Source: Thermoplasmatota archaeon
Lineage (GTDB): Archaea; Thermoplasmatota; E2; DHVEG-1
DNA: 56,003 bases
Assembly: GCA_035543435.1 (NCBI GenBank)
Contig: DATKKD010000047.1
Span: 1-56,003, forward strand
Direction of reading: 5' to 3'
The notes below the pieces were generated by a model. The model did not search any database. It was given only the letters and a program-made list of their open reading frames with translations, and was not told the origin of the DNA. How positions within the stretch are numbered: the stretch's first letter is position 1; each line of letters starts with the position of its first letter. A program made the position numbers and the translations under genes. This document shows positions 9,180 through 19,165 of this stretch, piece by piece.

Positions 9180-9923
9180 ATGTCCATGCTTGAGGTAAAA
9201 GATATTCACAAGACCTACTGCAACGTCGAGGTCCTGAAAGGCGTTTCCTTCACGATGGAGAAAGAACAAACCAAGGTGATTATTGGGCCAAGTGGCACCG
9301 GGAAAAGCACGCTGCTACGCTGTATCAATCAACTCAGCCCACCTGATAAAGGTGAGGTCTGGCTGGACGGCGAGGAGATCACCAGCCCAAAGGCAGATAT
9401 TAACAGAATTCGGGAAAAGATCGGGTTTGTCTTTCAGGAGTTTAACCTATTCACCCATCTCACCGCACTACGTAACATCAGCATCGGCCTGGAAAAGGTG
9501 AAAAAAATCGATAAAGAAACAGCACAGAAGCGAGCGCTCGAGGAGCTGCGTCGGGTCGGACTTGAGAAGCAGGCATCTCAGTATCCCGCCCAACTCTCGG
9601 GCGGTCAAAAGCAGCGAGTCGGGATCGCACGTGCGCTTGCCATGGACCCTGACATCATCCTGTTCGATGAGCCGACATCAGCCCTCGACCCAGAGCTCAT
9701 CGGTGATGTCCTTGACGTCATGAAATCACTTGCAGGGAAGGTCGCAATGCTGGTCGTGACCCATGAGATGGGGTTCGCCCGCAATGTCGCAGACGAGATC
9801 ATCTTCATGGAGGGTGGCTACATCGTGGAGCAAGGCCCACCTAAGGAGATGTTCACGAACGCGAAAACGCAGCGGGCACGGGAGTTCCTCGGAAGGATTG
9901 GTGCGCTCTATGGAGGTGACTAG
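9180..9923 (+). CDS. amino-acid ABC transporter ATP-binding protein (GlnQ-like)
   Basis: Walker A GPSGTGKST, signature LSGGQKQRV and Walker B ILFDEPTSALD. Confidence 0.9.
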   Translation: MSMLEVKDIHKTYCNVEVLKGVSFTMEKEQTKVIIGPSGTGKSTLLRCINQLSPPDKGEVWLDGEEITSPKADINRIREKIGFVFQEFNLFTHLTALRNISIGLEKVKKIDKETAQKRALEELRRVGLEKQASQYPAQLSGGQKQRVGIARALAMDPDIILFDEPTSALDPELIGDVLDVMKSLAGKVAMLVVTHEMGFARNVADEIIFMEGGYIVEQGPPKEMFTNAKTQRAREFLGRIGALYGGD

Positions 9924-9928
9924 GAGCC

Positions 9929-10618
9929 TTGGCTGATTTCCTGCCGTTCTTCCTGCATTCATTGCCTGATTTGCTAAATGGCCTTGGTAACACCTTCCTG
10001 CTCACGTTCGTTTCCATCACCGCTGGGTTCTTCATCGGGTTAAGCCTGGCATTGGGGCGGGTGTACGGGACCAAGGGGGTCAACTGGTTCTGCATCGGAT
10101 ACATCGAGCTTATCCGGGGTACCCCTCTCTTAGTCCAGCTCTTCATCATCTACTTTGGTCTCCCCTCGGTCGGCATCATTTTTACCCCGTTACAAGCGGC
10201 TCTCATCGGCCTTGCAATCAACAGCGGGGCGTACCAGGCTGAGTACCTTCGGGGGTCAATCCAGTCCATCGAATCAGGTCAGATGGTCGCGGCCAGGTCC
10301 CTTGGCTTGGGCAAACTGCAGGCGATCCAGCATGTGGTCCTGCCCCAGGCACTGCGCGTCTCCATCCCAGCCTGGTCCAATGAGTTCATCTATCTGCTTC
10401 AGTACTCGTCCATCGCGTACATCATCCAAGTGTCAGAGCTCACCGCAGAGGGGAAGTTCATCGCCGCGCACACCTTCCGGTACCTCGAAATCTTCGCGAT
10501 GATCGCAATCATCTACCTTGTGCTCACGATCGTATCCACCGAGATCATCGACCGGATCGCAAAACGACTCAGTATCCCGGGGATTGGAGCAGCCAAGGGA
10601 GTCGGCTTGAGGGACTAA
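9929..10618 (+). CDS. amino-acid ABC transporter permease (second subunit)
   Basis: Paralog of 8487..9161. Loop AARSLGLGKLQAIQHVVLPQ. Confidence 0.85.
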   Translation: MADFLPFFLHSLPDLLNGLGNTFLLTFVSITAGFFIGLSLALGRVYGTKGVNWFCIGYIELIRGTPLLVQLFIIYFGLPSVGIIFTPLQAALIGLAINSGAYQAEYLRGSIQSIESGQMVAARSLGLGKLQAIQHVVLPQALRVSIPAWSNEFIYLLQYSSIAYIIQVSELTAEGKFIAAHTFRYLEIFAMIAIIYLVLTIVSTEIIDRIAKRLSIPGIGAAKGVGLRD

Positions 10619-11595
10619 TCCCCAGTGGTTGTTGCATCCTGATTTTTCATGTGGGTTTCTGTCAGCGACAGGAAAAACCCAATCACTCCCACGAACACAT
10701 CCGTGACCATGAATCCAACAAGCGACAGAACTAGTACTTTCTCCTCTGGAATCGCATACAACGTCGAAAAGATGAAGATCGCGGTGAACTCCCGCGTGCC
10801 GAGCCCGGCGAACGTGATCGGGATGAACCCTGCGGTATTCGCGATCGGGTACAGGAGCAGGAACATGAAGTACGGGATGGCAAGCCCCAGCGAGAGCGCG
10901 ATGATGTACTCCTGGGTGAACACGATAATCCAGGTGCTGACGCCGAACAAGAAAGGCAGGATCATCGCTTTGAAATGCGGAAAATCCAGGTAGAAGGTGT
11001 CAACGAACGACGACAGCTGCCCCTGCATCTTCTTCGGAATAGCGTACTTGATGAGGAAATGGAAAAGCTTCTCCCCTGGTCCTTTCCGAGTGAAATACAG
11101 GGCGATGAGGCACGCGCCGATGATCCACAAGGCCGTAAGCGGCAGGAGATTCGGGATGGTTCCGATGACCAGCACCGCGCCGATGACCATCATCCCATAA
11201 AGTGAGATGGTGTGGACGAAGGTCTCCACTACCGTGTTAACGAACAGCTTCCCGTACGGCGTCCGGGTGCGTTCCTTCAGGTAGGCGACCCGTGCGAGCT
11301 CCCCCACGTATCCTGGGGTAATGATCCCGTAGAACAGGCCTATCAAGAAGAGCTTCGCAGAGTCAAAAAAACCGACATGGATCTTCTGGTCGCGCATGAT
11401 GAGCTGCCATGCCGCGGTGCGAGCGAAGATCATCGGCAGCGACAAGGCGAGTGCGACAATCACATACCGGGGGTTGATGGAAAGGAACGCGTCGATGATG
11501 GCATTGATGTTCAAGGAATATATAATGAAAAATAGGATGATGAGGCCGATGAACGGGAGGAAGAGTCTGGCGCGTCTGAGAAGGTTGCTTGCCAT
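10615..11595 (-). CDS. UPF0104 / flippase-like (LPG-synthase TM-region) membrane protein
   Basis: 326 aa with about 8 TM helices. The overall pattern resembles UPF0104. Assigned by resemblance only. Confidence 0.55.
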   Translation of the reverse strand: MASNLLRRARLFLPFIGLIILFFIIYSLNINAIIDAFLSINPRYVIVALALSLPMIFARTAAWQLIMRDQKIHVGFFDSAKLFLIGLFYGIITPGYVGELARVAYLKERTRTPYGKLFVNTVVETFVHTISLYGMMVIGAVLVIGTIPNLLPLTALWIIGACLIALYFTRKGPGEKLFHFLIKYAIPKKMQGQLSSFVDTFYLDFPHFKAMILPFLFGVSTWIIVFTQEYIIALSLGLAIPYFMFLLLYPIANTAGFIPITFAGLGTREFTAIFIFSTLYAIPEEKVLVLSLVGFMVTDVFVGVIGFFLSLTETHMKNQDATTTGD

Positions 11596-11652
11596 GGCTG
11601 GTTAGGGGAATACGTACGGTTCTTTTATGGTTTGTTCAATAACAACCGGTCA

Positions 11653-12162
11653 TCAGAGGTAGTCTGAGAGTTCGGAGAGTAGGATGTCCGCGGTCCACTT
11701 TGCGACGTTCCCCGCGACGCTTGGGCATTTATCGACGTGCGCGCCTGCTTGTTCAAACGCTGCGTACTGCTCTTTATCGTCGAGTCGGTAGCTTCGCCCG
11801 AATAGCTTCTTTTGTACATCACAGCACAGCGGCGAGCCGTACTCCGCGATGAATCGGTCGTAGAGCATCTTGGTGTACTTGAACACGCGACGTTTCCGTT
11901 CCCCTGCCTGGAACTCCGGGTACGTCCTTCCAATGAGCATACTGATCGCCATGGCTCCGCCGGCAAGCGCCCCGCAGGTGCCCTCAGAGGAGAGGCTGGT
12001 GCCACCGGTGAGCCCGTGCGCAGCCTGGAACACGCGGTCATCACCCACATGCAGGGTGTCTTTGAGTGCTGCGAGCACGCACTGCGGGCAGCTTCCTTTC
12101 TGCGCCTCGTACTCGTACCCGCGTCTGTAGGCTCGTTCGATCAGGTCTTCTTTCGATTCCAT
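11653..12162 (-). CDS. C_GCAxxG_C_C family protein
   Basis: Motifs GSCPQCVLAAL ... GTCGALAGGAMAI ... CCDV ... C match the family-defining Cys pattern. Confidence 0.75.
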   Translation of the reverse strand: MESKEDLIERAYRRGYEYEAQKGSCPQCVLAALKDTLHVGDDRVFQAAHGLTGGTSLSSEGTCGALAGGAMAISMLIGRTYPEFQAGERKRRVFKYTKMLYDRFIAEYGSPLCCDVQKKLFGRSYRLDDKEQYAAFEQAGAHVDKCPSVAGNVAKWTADILLSELSDYL

Positions 12163-12299
12163 GGTTTCACATCACAGCGCTTTTTTTTAAAAGTGTTTTA
12201 CCCCTTGGTTTTTCCTCTGAACCCCTGCGAATTATTTATAGCTTTCCTTGATAGTGTTCGTTCGTAGGAATCTTTATTAAACGCTACCTTCTTCGTTTG

Positions 12300-12656
12300 A
12301 TGGAGACCATGGACGAGGACGTTGTTTTTATCAAACACGGAGATGAAAAGAGCAAGGTCAAGAAACCCGGGAAGCTGTATTGTCAGATGGTGAAATCCCA
12401 TCACATGGAAGCAATCATCGCAGAGCTTGAACCGCACGCCGAGTCCAACTGGTTCCAGCACAACGGGGAGGAGATGCACCTCGTCCTTCAGGGTGAGATG
12501 GAGTACACCGTCGGTGAGAAATCCTACAAGCTTTCCGAGGGGGACATCCTGTGGCATAAGTCGATGCTGAAGCATCACGCGCGAACCATCGGGAACAGAA
12601 AGGTCGTGTACATCACGGTGAGCACGCCGCCCACGTTCATGTGGGACGCGCTATGA
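12300..12656 (+). CDS. cupin-domain protein
   Basis: The cupin motifs HNGEEMHLVLQGEMEYTVGEKSYKLSEGD and ...WHKSMLKHHA are present. ATG at 12300 is preferred over the track TTG at 12297. Confidence 0.6.
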   Translation: METMDEDVVFIKHGDEKSKVKKPGKLYCQMVKSHHMEAIIAELEPHAESNWFQHNGEEMHLVLQGEMEYTVGEKSYKLSEGDILWHKSMLKHHARTIGNRKVVYITVSTPPTFMWDAL

Positions 12657-13460
12657 AGCATCGATGACCGTGCAGTCACCGCTTGTTACACGGACGGTTT
12701 TGCCTTCGTGTATTTTGAGGAGTAAAAAACCGAACTCATCGATATCGACCGCGGTTCCTTGGAGAACTCCGTTCGTGGTCTGAACCCTCACGTTTTTTCC
12801 GAGAGTGTCGTTGTCTTGTTTCCAGAGGTCGATGATCTGGTCGAAACATCCTGCTATAAAGAGTTGGTAAAAACGGTCGAACTGATGGAAGAAAGTGGTG
12901 AGGAACTCCTCGTACTCTATCGGGGCCCCGTGCTCCTTGTGTAGCGACGTTGCGTTCATTCGAACGTCCTTAGGAAGGAGCGCAAGGTCGGTGTTGAGGT
13001 TCACCCCGATGCCGACGATGACGTAGGAGACGTGAGTATGATCCGTCTCTGATTCGAGCAAGATCCCCGCGATTTTTTTCACATGGACAAGAACGTCGTT
13101 CGGCCATTTGATGCGAGCCGGTAGATTGAACGAGCGAATGGTGTAAGTGACGGCGAGCGCTGCGACGAAACCAAGCAGCGATGCCTTTTCAGGAGGTGCT
13201 TTTGGTCGAAGAAGAAGAGAAAGATACACACCTCCCTTCGGCGACTGCCAGACCCGATCAAACCGTCCGCGACCTTTGCGCTGTGTCTGTGCGATGACAA
13301 CGGTTCCCTCCCCCGCTCCCTTCCTGGCTAGCTCATGAACGGCGGCATTGGTGGACAGGATATCATCGAACACATGGATTTTTGTGACGAACGGACCCTG
13401 ATACTCGCAAGAAAAATCTGTAAGCCTTTTGACAAAAAGCCTTTCACTCATACCTTCCAA
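12651..13460 (-). CDS. birA: biotin--[acetyl-CoA-carboxylase] ligase
   Basis: GRGRFDRVWQSPKGG matches the BirA biotin-binding signature GRGRxGRxWxSPxG. Sits next to biotin-dependent carboxylase genes. No N-terminal wHTH domain. Confidence 0.85.
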   Translation of the reverse strand: MEGMSERLFVKRLTDFSCEYQGPFVTKIHVFDDILSTNAAVHELARKGAGEGTVVIAQTQRKGRGRFDRVWQSPKGGVYLSLLLRPKAPPEKASLLGFVAALAVTYTIRSFNLPARIKWPNDVLVHVKKIAGILLESETDHTHVSYVIVGIGVNLNTDLALLPKDVRMNATSLHKEHGAPIEYEEFLTTFFHQFDRFYQLFIAGCFDQIIDLWKQDNDTLGKNVRVQTTNGVLQGTAVDIDEFGFLLLKIHEGKTVRVTSGDCTVIDAS

Positions 13461-13473
13461 GGGAGAGCAACGT

Positions 13474-14934
13474 TCATTGTTTCTGCTGCGACTGGTTCGA
13501 GGCTAGGATCACTGCCTGTACCGCTGCCATGGCGGCCGCGGTCTTTGGGGCTGACGACTGCGCCTTCATCTCCTGGACGTGCTTCACGACCTGCTCAAGG
13601 ATGCCGTACCTGGGGATGAAGCTGGTGTCGTAGACACCTGCCCGCCACTGCGGTTGGTCCATGACGACCTGATGGAACGGGATGTTGTTTCGCACGCCGC
13701 CGATCTGGAACTCCCACAGTGCGCGCTTCATCCGCTCGATCGCACGTGGCCGGTCCTCAGCCCAGACGATGAGCTTCGCGATCATGGAGTCGTAGAACGG
13801 TGGGATCGTGAACCCCGGGTACACGCCGGAATCAACCCGGATCCCCGGGCCGCTCGGCTCCGCGTACCGGACGATTTTGCTTGGGGCCGGCATGAAGTTG
13901 TTGAGCGGGTCCTCTGCGTTGATCCTGCATTCGATCGCATGACCACGCGGGTGGATGTCTCTTTGTTCGTACTCGAGCTCGAGCCCTGAGGCGACCCGCA
14001 GCTGTTCGCGGGCGAGATCGACGCCGGTTGTGACCTCTGTGATCGGATGCTCCACTTGTAATCGGGTGTTCATCTCAAGGAAATAGTACTTCCCTGCCTG
14101 GAACATGAACTCGCAGGTGCCAGCGTTGTAGTACCCCGCGGTTTTCGCTGCAAGCACCGCCTGCGCTCCGATCTCCCTGCGCAGCTCCGGGGTGAGCGCA
14201 CACGACGGCGTCTCCTCGATGAGCTTCTGGTGCCTCCGCTGTACACTACACTCACGTTCGAAACAGTGGATGAGATGTCCTTTCTTGTCGCCGATCACCT
14301 GGAACTCGATGTGACGAGGGTTCTCGATGAACTTCTCGATGAACACTGCGTCATCGCCGAAGGAGTTCTTCGCGAGCTGCCTCACGGTCGTCAGCGCCTT
14401 CTCCATGGCCTGCTCGTCATCGACCTTCACGATGCCGATGCCGCCGCCGCCAGCGGACGCCTTGAGCATCACCGGGTACCCGATTTCGTGCGCGATGTCT
14501 TTCGCCCGTTCATGGTCCGCGATCGCCTCGGTGACCCCGGGGACAACGATGACCCCGGCCTTGATCATGGAGATCTTCGAATCGATTTTTGACCCCATGA
14601 GCTTCATGGCGTCAACGGGTGGACCGATGAACTCGATGCCGTTCTTCTTACAAAGGTCCGCGAACTCCGCATTCTCCGCCATGAACCCGTACCCCGGGTG
14701 GATGCCCTCGGCGTGGCATTTCAGGGCAACGTCGATGATCTTGTCCTTGTTGAGATAACTTTGGCTCGCAGGGCCTGGTCCGATGTTGTATTTCTCGTCC
14801 GCGTACTTCACGAACAACGCAGACTGGTCCGCGTCTGAGTACACCGCGACCGTCGCAATCCCGAACTCCTTGCACGCGCGCATGATGCGCACCGCGATCT
14901 CACCGCGGTTCGCGATGAGTACCTTATTTAACAT
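13474..14934 (-). CDS. pycA: pyruvate carboxylase subunit A (biotin carboxylase)
   Basis: MLNKVLIANRGEIAVRIMRAC start with ATP-grasp biotin-carboxylase motifs throughout. Adjacent to the carboxyltransferase/biotinyl subunit. Confidence 0.85.
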   Translation of the reverse strand: MLNKVLIANRGEIAVRIMRACKEFGIATVAVYSDADQSALFVKYADEKYNIGPGPASQSYLNKDKIIDVALKCHAEGIHPGYGFMAENAEFADLCKKNGIEFIGPPVDAMKLMGSKIDSKISMIKAGVIVVPGVTEAIADHERAKDIAHEIGYPVMLKASAGGGGIGIVKVDDEQAMEKALTTVRQLAKNSFGDDAVFIEKFIENPRHIEFQVIGDKKGHLIHCFERECSVQRRHQKLIEETPSCALTPELRREIGAQAVLAAKTAGYYNAGTCEFMFQAGKYYFLEMNTRLQVEHPITEVTTGVDLAREQLRVASGLELEYEQRDIHPRGHAIECRINAEDPLNNFMPAPSKIVRYAEPSGPGIRVDSGVYPGFTIPPFYDSMIAKLIVWAEDRPRAIERMKRALWEFQIGGVRNNIPFHQVVMDQPQWRAGVYDTSFIPRYGILEQVVKHVQEMKAQSSAPKTAAAMAAVQAVILASNQSQQKQ

Positions 14935-14948
14935 TCACTATCACCATA

Positions 14949-16772
14949 CTACAGAATCTGCATCAGAAGGTCTCCGCTGCACACCGGAGCACCCTCCTTC
15001 ACGAAAACGTCTTTCACTTCTCCCTCAGTCTCGGCCTTGATCTCCTGCTCCATCTTCATCGCCTCGATGGTCGCGATGACGTCACCTTTCTTGACCTTGT
15101 CGCCTTTCTTGACCTTGACTTTGAGGATTGTTCCCTGCATGTTGGATTTAACGCCGCCCTCGACGCTCGTTGGCTTCTCCTGGGCCGCGGGAGTGCCGGC
15201 GCCTGCGACCAGGTACCCGCCTGAGGGTATGACTTTCACTTCGTACGGCTCGCCGTCCACCTCCACCTTGAACTCGGTCGGTATCTGAGCCGGTCCCGAG
15301 CGCTGCTCGGGTGGCACAGTCTCCAGCCAGAGCTGCTTCACCTCAGGGAAGGACTGCTTCACCATCGCTCGGGTGAGCTGATGGTCGATGGGTAACGGTA
15401 GCCCATCAGAGGTGAACTCAGGGCATGCCTGTCCCTTGAGGAATTTCAACCCAACTTGAGGGTATAAAATGTAGGTCATGATATCCTCTTCTTTCTTGAC
15501 GAGGGCTCCACCGTCGATCTCCATGAGCTCCTTTTTCTTCTGGTCCCAGAGCGGTTCCAAGAGATCGGAGGGCCGCTTGTCGATGATCTCCTCTTTCCAT
15601 TTCGGGCCGAGCACCTTTTTCATGATGTCAGGGTGGATTTCGCCTGGTGGTCTCCCGTACATCCCACGGCAGTAATCCTTGGTCTCTTTGGGGACGACTT
15701 TGTACCGCCCATGCAGCACGTTCATGACCGCCTGCACGCCCACGACCTGGCTGGTCGGGGTGACGAGCGGCGGGTATCCGAGCTCCTCGCGGACCTTGGC
15801 GGTCTCGTCAAGGATCTGCCGGTACTTGTCACGGGCTCCCTGCTCCTCCAGCTGGAAGATGAGGTTTGACAGCATCCCTCCAGGGACCTGATGCAGGGTG
15901 ACGCTCGGGTCGACCTTGAGCGCGTCGAAGCGATGCAGATGCCGGTATTTCTCCCAGACCTTGAGGAAATACGTCCGGCATTCGATGAGCAATCCAAGGT
16001 CGTAGTGGGTATCCCATTCGGTTCCCTGGAACGCCGCGACCACGCTTTCGGTCGCTGGTGCCGCGGTGCCGCCTGAGATAGGCGAGATCGAGGTGTCGAG
16101 GATGTCGGCGCCCGCTTCGACGGCACGCTGGTACGCCATCCCCGTCATCCCGCTCGTGTAATGCGAATGGAGGTCCATGGGCAGGTTCACACCCGCCTCT
16201 TTGGTCCCTTTGATGATGTCGTAGGCTCGCTTCGGCGAGATCATCCCTGCCATGTCCTTGATGCAGACCGAGTCCGCGCCCATCTTCTTGAGCTCCACGA
16301 ACTTGTCGACGAAGTAGTCGACCGTGTGGATCGGCGAGATCGTGTAGCTGAGGCATGCCTGGACATGGCCGCCGTTCTCCTTCACCGACTGCATCGGGAC
16401 CCTGAGGTTACGCAGGTCGTTGAGCGCATCGAAAATCCTGAAATAATCGCATCCATTCTTTTTCGCGAGTGTGATGAATTTACGTACGACGTCATCGGGG
16501 AAGTTCCAGTAGGCGACGATGTTCATCGCACGCTCAAGCATCTGCAAGGGGGTGTTCGGCATCGCTTTCTTGAGCTTGTTGAGACGCTCCCAGGGGTCCT
16601 GGTTGAGGTACCTGATGCAGACGTCGTAGGTCGCGCCTCCCCAGACCTCAAGCGAGAAGAACCCGACCTGATCAAGTTTCTCAGCGATCGGCAGCATGTC
16701 CTCGGTGCGCATTCTGGTTGCCAACAGTGACTGATGGCCATCTCGAAGGATGAGTTCATGTAGTTGTACCAT
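14949..16772 (-). CDS. pycB: pyruvate carboxylase subunit B (carboxyltransferase + biotinyl carrier domain)
   Basis: LRDGHQSL HMGL-like/TIM-barrel start. C-terminal biotinylation motif IEAMKMEQEI. Confidence 0.85.
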   Translation of the reverse strand: MVQLHELILRDGHQSLLATRMRTEDMLPIAEKLDQVGFFSLEVWGGATYDVCIRYLNQDPWERLNKLKKAMPNTPLQMLERAMNIVAYWNFPDDVVRKFITLAKKNGCDYFRIFDALNDLRNLRVPMQSVKENGGHVQACLSYTISPIHTVDYFVDKFVELKKMGADSVCIKDMAGMISPKRAYDIIKGTKEAGVNLPMDLHSHYTSGMTGMAYQRAVEAGADILDTSISPISGGTAAPATESVVAAFQGTEWDTHYDLGLLIECRTYFLKVWEKYRHLHRFDALKVDPSVTLHQVPGGMLSNLIFQLEEQGARDKYRQILDETAKVREELGYPPLVTPTSQVVGVQAVMNVLHGRYKVVPKETKDYCRGMYGRPPGEIHPDIMKKVLGPKWKEEIIDKRPSDLLEPLWDQKKKELMEIDGGALVKKEEDIMTYILYPQVGLKFLKGQACPEFTSDGLPLPIDHQLTRAMVKQSFPEVKQLWLETVPPEQRSGPAQIPTEFKVEVDGEPYEVKVIPSGGYLVAGAGTPAAQEKPTSVEGGVKSNMQGTILKVKVKKGDKVKKGDVIATIEAMKMEQEIKAETEGEVKDVFVKEGAPVCSGDLLMQIL

Positions 16773-17096
16773 GGGTGTTCCCTCCTTTTCTTCAGAGGTG
16801 AAAAGGTTTGGTTCGAAACGAGGAAGGGTATTCCCTTGGTCTACTTAAAGATGATGTCATTTCTCCGATATAATTCACGGGAGAAAGATGCTTATGGAAT
16901 TCTGCACAAACATTTTTTAGAGATTCAAACATCCATTTGAAAAGGTGGGATAGAAGAATATACTCTATCCATAATTTTTTTTCTATAGAGTTAAAACTCC
17001 TTCACTATATTATGAGGCGTATCATAGAGTGAGTCTTCTTAGTAATGTATTTGTACATGATATATTATTAGACCCGAATTAACTCGAGGTAGTCCA

Positions 17097-19142
17097 ATGA
17101 ACAAACAATTTCTCCTCTTCCTCATCGGTATTAGTCTCCTGTGTTCCTCCTGCGTGCCTTCCACGGTCGCGCTCTCTGCAGGGGTCATCCAGAATGGACA
17201 GGTCGCCGTAGAATATCGAAACGTCACCGTATTCGCTCCCGCAGTGTCGCAGACCGACACCGGGTACGTCGGGGTGATTTCCACCATCACCGCCACCGTT
17301 CAGGAGAACGGCAGCGGCCGGGTGTTCGTCGACACGCTCCCGCTCACCGACGTCGATATGCAGGGGTCCGCCCGTCTCGCGGTCAAGGTCGCCAGTGCCC
17401 TCGTAAGCACCGACAACCGGTCGCACCTCGATCCAAGGACCTGCGATTTCTTCTTCGTCGTGCGCACGGACTCCCCCATCATTGGAGGACCATCCGCGGG
17501 CGCGATCATGACGATCGCCGTCATCTCCCTCCTCGAGAATTGGACGCTTGATAATCATACGGTCATGACCGGGATGATCAACCCTGACGGAAGCATCGGT
17601 CCCATTGGGGGCATCCCGTACAAGATCGACGCGGCCCACTCCGTCGGAGCCACACGGTTCCTCGTCCCAAAAGGACAGATGACGTACACTGAGATGGTGT
17701 CGGAGACCATCTCCGAAAACGGCTGGACGCAGATCATCACCCATCCCGTGACCAAGAACGTGTCAGAGTACGCGCAGACCATGTATGGGATGCAGGTCGC
17801 CGAGGTCGGAGACATCAACGAGGCCCTCACGTACTTCACCGGGTGGAGCTTCCCCACCATCGAGTCACCGCACAAGGTCACCAACGAGCAGTACATCACC
17901 GCGATGAAACCACTCGCCACCGCCTTGCTCATGGAGGCGCGTGCGTCCTATCAAAACGCAAGCGCCTTTTTCAACACCTCCACGATACCAAATCGGTACC
18001 CATCTTATGATCGCAATCAGGTTACTGATTTCCTGAACAGCGCCGAGGACCGTTTGCTTGAGTCGACACATTGGTACGACGAGGAGGTGTACTACACGAG
18101 CACGAGCAAGTCGTTCCAATCCTTGATCAACTCTCATTTCGTGACCGCAGCCTGCAGGTACTTCTCCTCAGGCGACAAAGCAGCGTACCTCTCGAATCTT
18201 ATGAACGAGACGCTCACCATGTACATCAACCAAAGCAAGACCGCGAAAAACGCACCTATCCATGGGATCGTCACTCTCCAGTGCGTCGGGGCGGCGCAGC
18301 AACGCATCAGCGAGGCGGCATCTTACCTCGATCAAGCTAACGCCAGCCTCCAGACTGATAGCCTAACCGCGCTGTACGACATCGAGTACGCCCAGGAGCG
18401 CGTCCGGAGCGTGCAGTGGTGGCTGAACATCTCCACCCCGTTCAACGACACCGGCGACATCAACACCACCATGATCCGCCAGCTCGCCGAGGAGTACCTC
18501 GATGATGCGCAGCAGGCATCCACCTATTCCGGCATCATCCTCAACGAGATGGGGAAAACCTCCAACGACCTCTCCGATGCGGACACGATGCTTTCCGCCG
18601 CGCGGAAAGAAAACGATGAGGGGTACTCCGCCGCAGCGCTCTTCGGCGCGTTCGAATCACTCGTCAAGGCGAACCTCGCCCTTGAGCTCGTCGACGGTGT
18701 CACCGCGGACAAGGTTGAACGCGCACGGGAGCAGGCAAGCAGGAGCATCACGGAGATCCGGGATCAAGGTATCGAACCCGTGCTCGCAGTGAGTTACTAT
18801 GAGTACGGGCAGAGCCTCGCGAACGAGTCGTCACTGGACACCGCAGTTGTCTACTACCGTGACGCGGACATGATCGCAGGGGCTCTACGATTCGCGACCC
18901 CGTACGGGACGCAATCATCACGGTACGTCGGTGTCACTGAAACACCGACCGTCACCCCCTTGGTGTATGGTCTCACCCGGTACGCTGGGTTGTTCCTCCT
19001 CATCGCGTTCATCGGTGGTCTCGGCGGGCTCGGCCTCGGGCTTCTCATCGCGAGCCTTTCGTCCCCCAAAGAGAAGAAACTCTTCCTCCGGGAATCCTCT
19101 CTACCGCGCAGCATCCAGGATTATTACAAAAAGAACAAATAA
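17097..19142 (+). CDS. secreted/membrane-anchored Lon-type S16 peptidase domain protein with long helical region
   Basis: Signal peptide MNKQFLLFLIGISLLCSSC. S16 proteolytic motifs IIGGPSAGA (Ser) and GGIPYKIDAAHSVGATRFLVPK (Lys). About 400 aa of helical region follow, then a C-terminal TM (GLFLLIAFIGGLGGLGLGLLIA). Confidence 0.7.
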   Translation: MNKQFLLFLIGISLLCSSCVPSTVALSAGVIQNGQVAVEYRNVTVFAPAVSQTDTGYVGVISTITATVQENGSGRVFVDTLPLTDVDMQGSARLAVKVASALVSTDNRSHLDPRTCDFFFVVRTDSPIIGGPSAGAIMTIAVISLLENWTLDNHTVMTGMINPDGSIGPIGGIPYKIDAAHSVGATRFLVPKGQMTYTEMVSETISENGWTQIITHPVTKNVSEYAQTMYGMQVAEVGDINEALTYFTGWSFPTIESPHKVTNEQYITAMKPLATALLMEARASYQNASAFFNTSTIPNRYPSYDRNQVTDFLNSAEDRLLESTHWYDEEVYYTSTSKSFQSLINSHFVTAACRYFSSGDKAAYLSNLMNETLTMYINQSKTAKNAPIHGIVTLQCVGAAQQRISEAASYLDQANASLQTDSLTALYDIEYAQERVRSVQWWLNISTPFNDTGDINTTMIRQLAEEYLDDAQQASTYSGIILNEMGKTSNDLSDADTMLSAARKENDEGYSAAALFGAFESLVKANLALELVDGVTADKVERAREQASRSITEIRDQGIEPVLAVSYYEYGQSLANESSLDTAVVYYRDADMIAGALRFATPYGTQSSRYVGVTETPTVTPLVYGLTRYAGLFLLIAFIGGLGGLGLGLLIASLSSPKEKKLFLRESSLPRSIQDYYKKNK

Positions 19143-19165
19143 CTCGTCCTGATGTACCATAGCCT

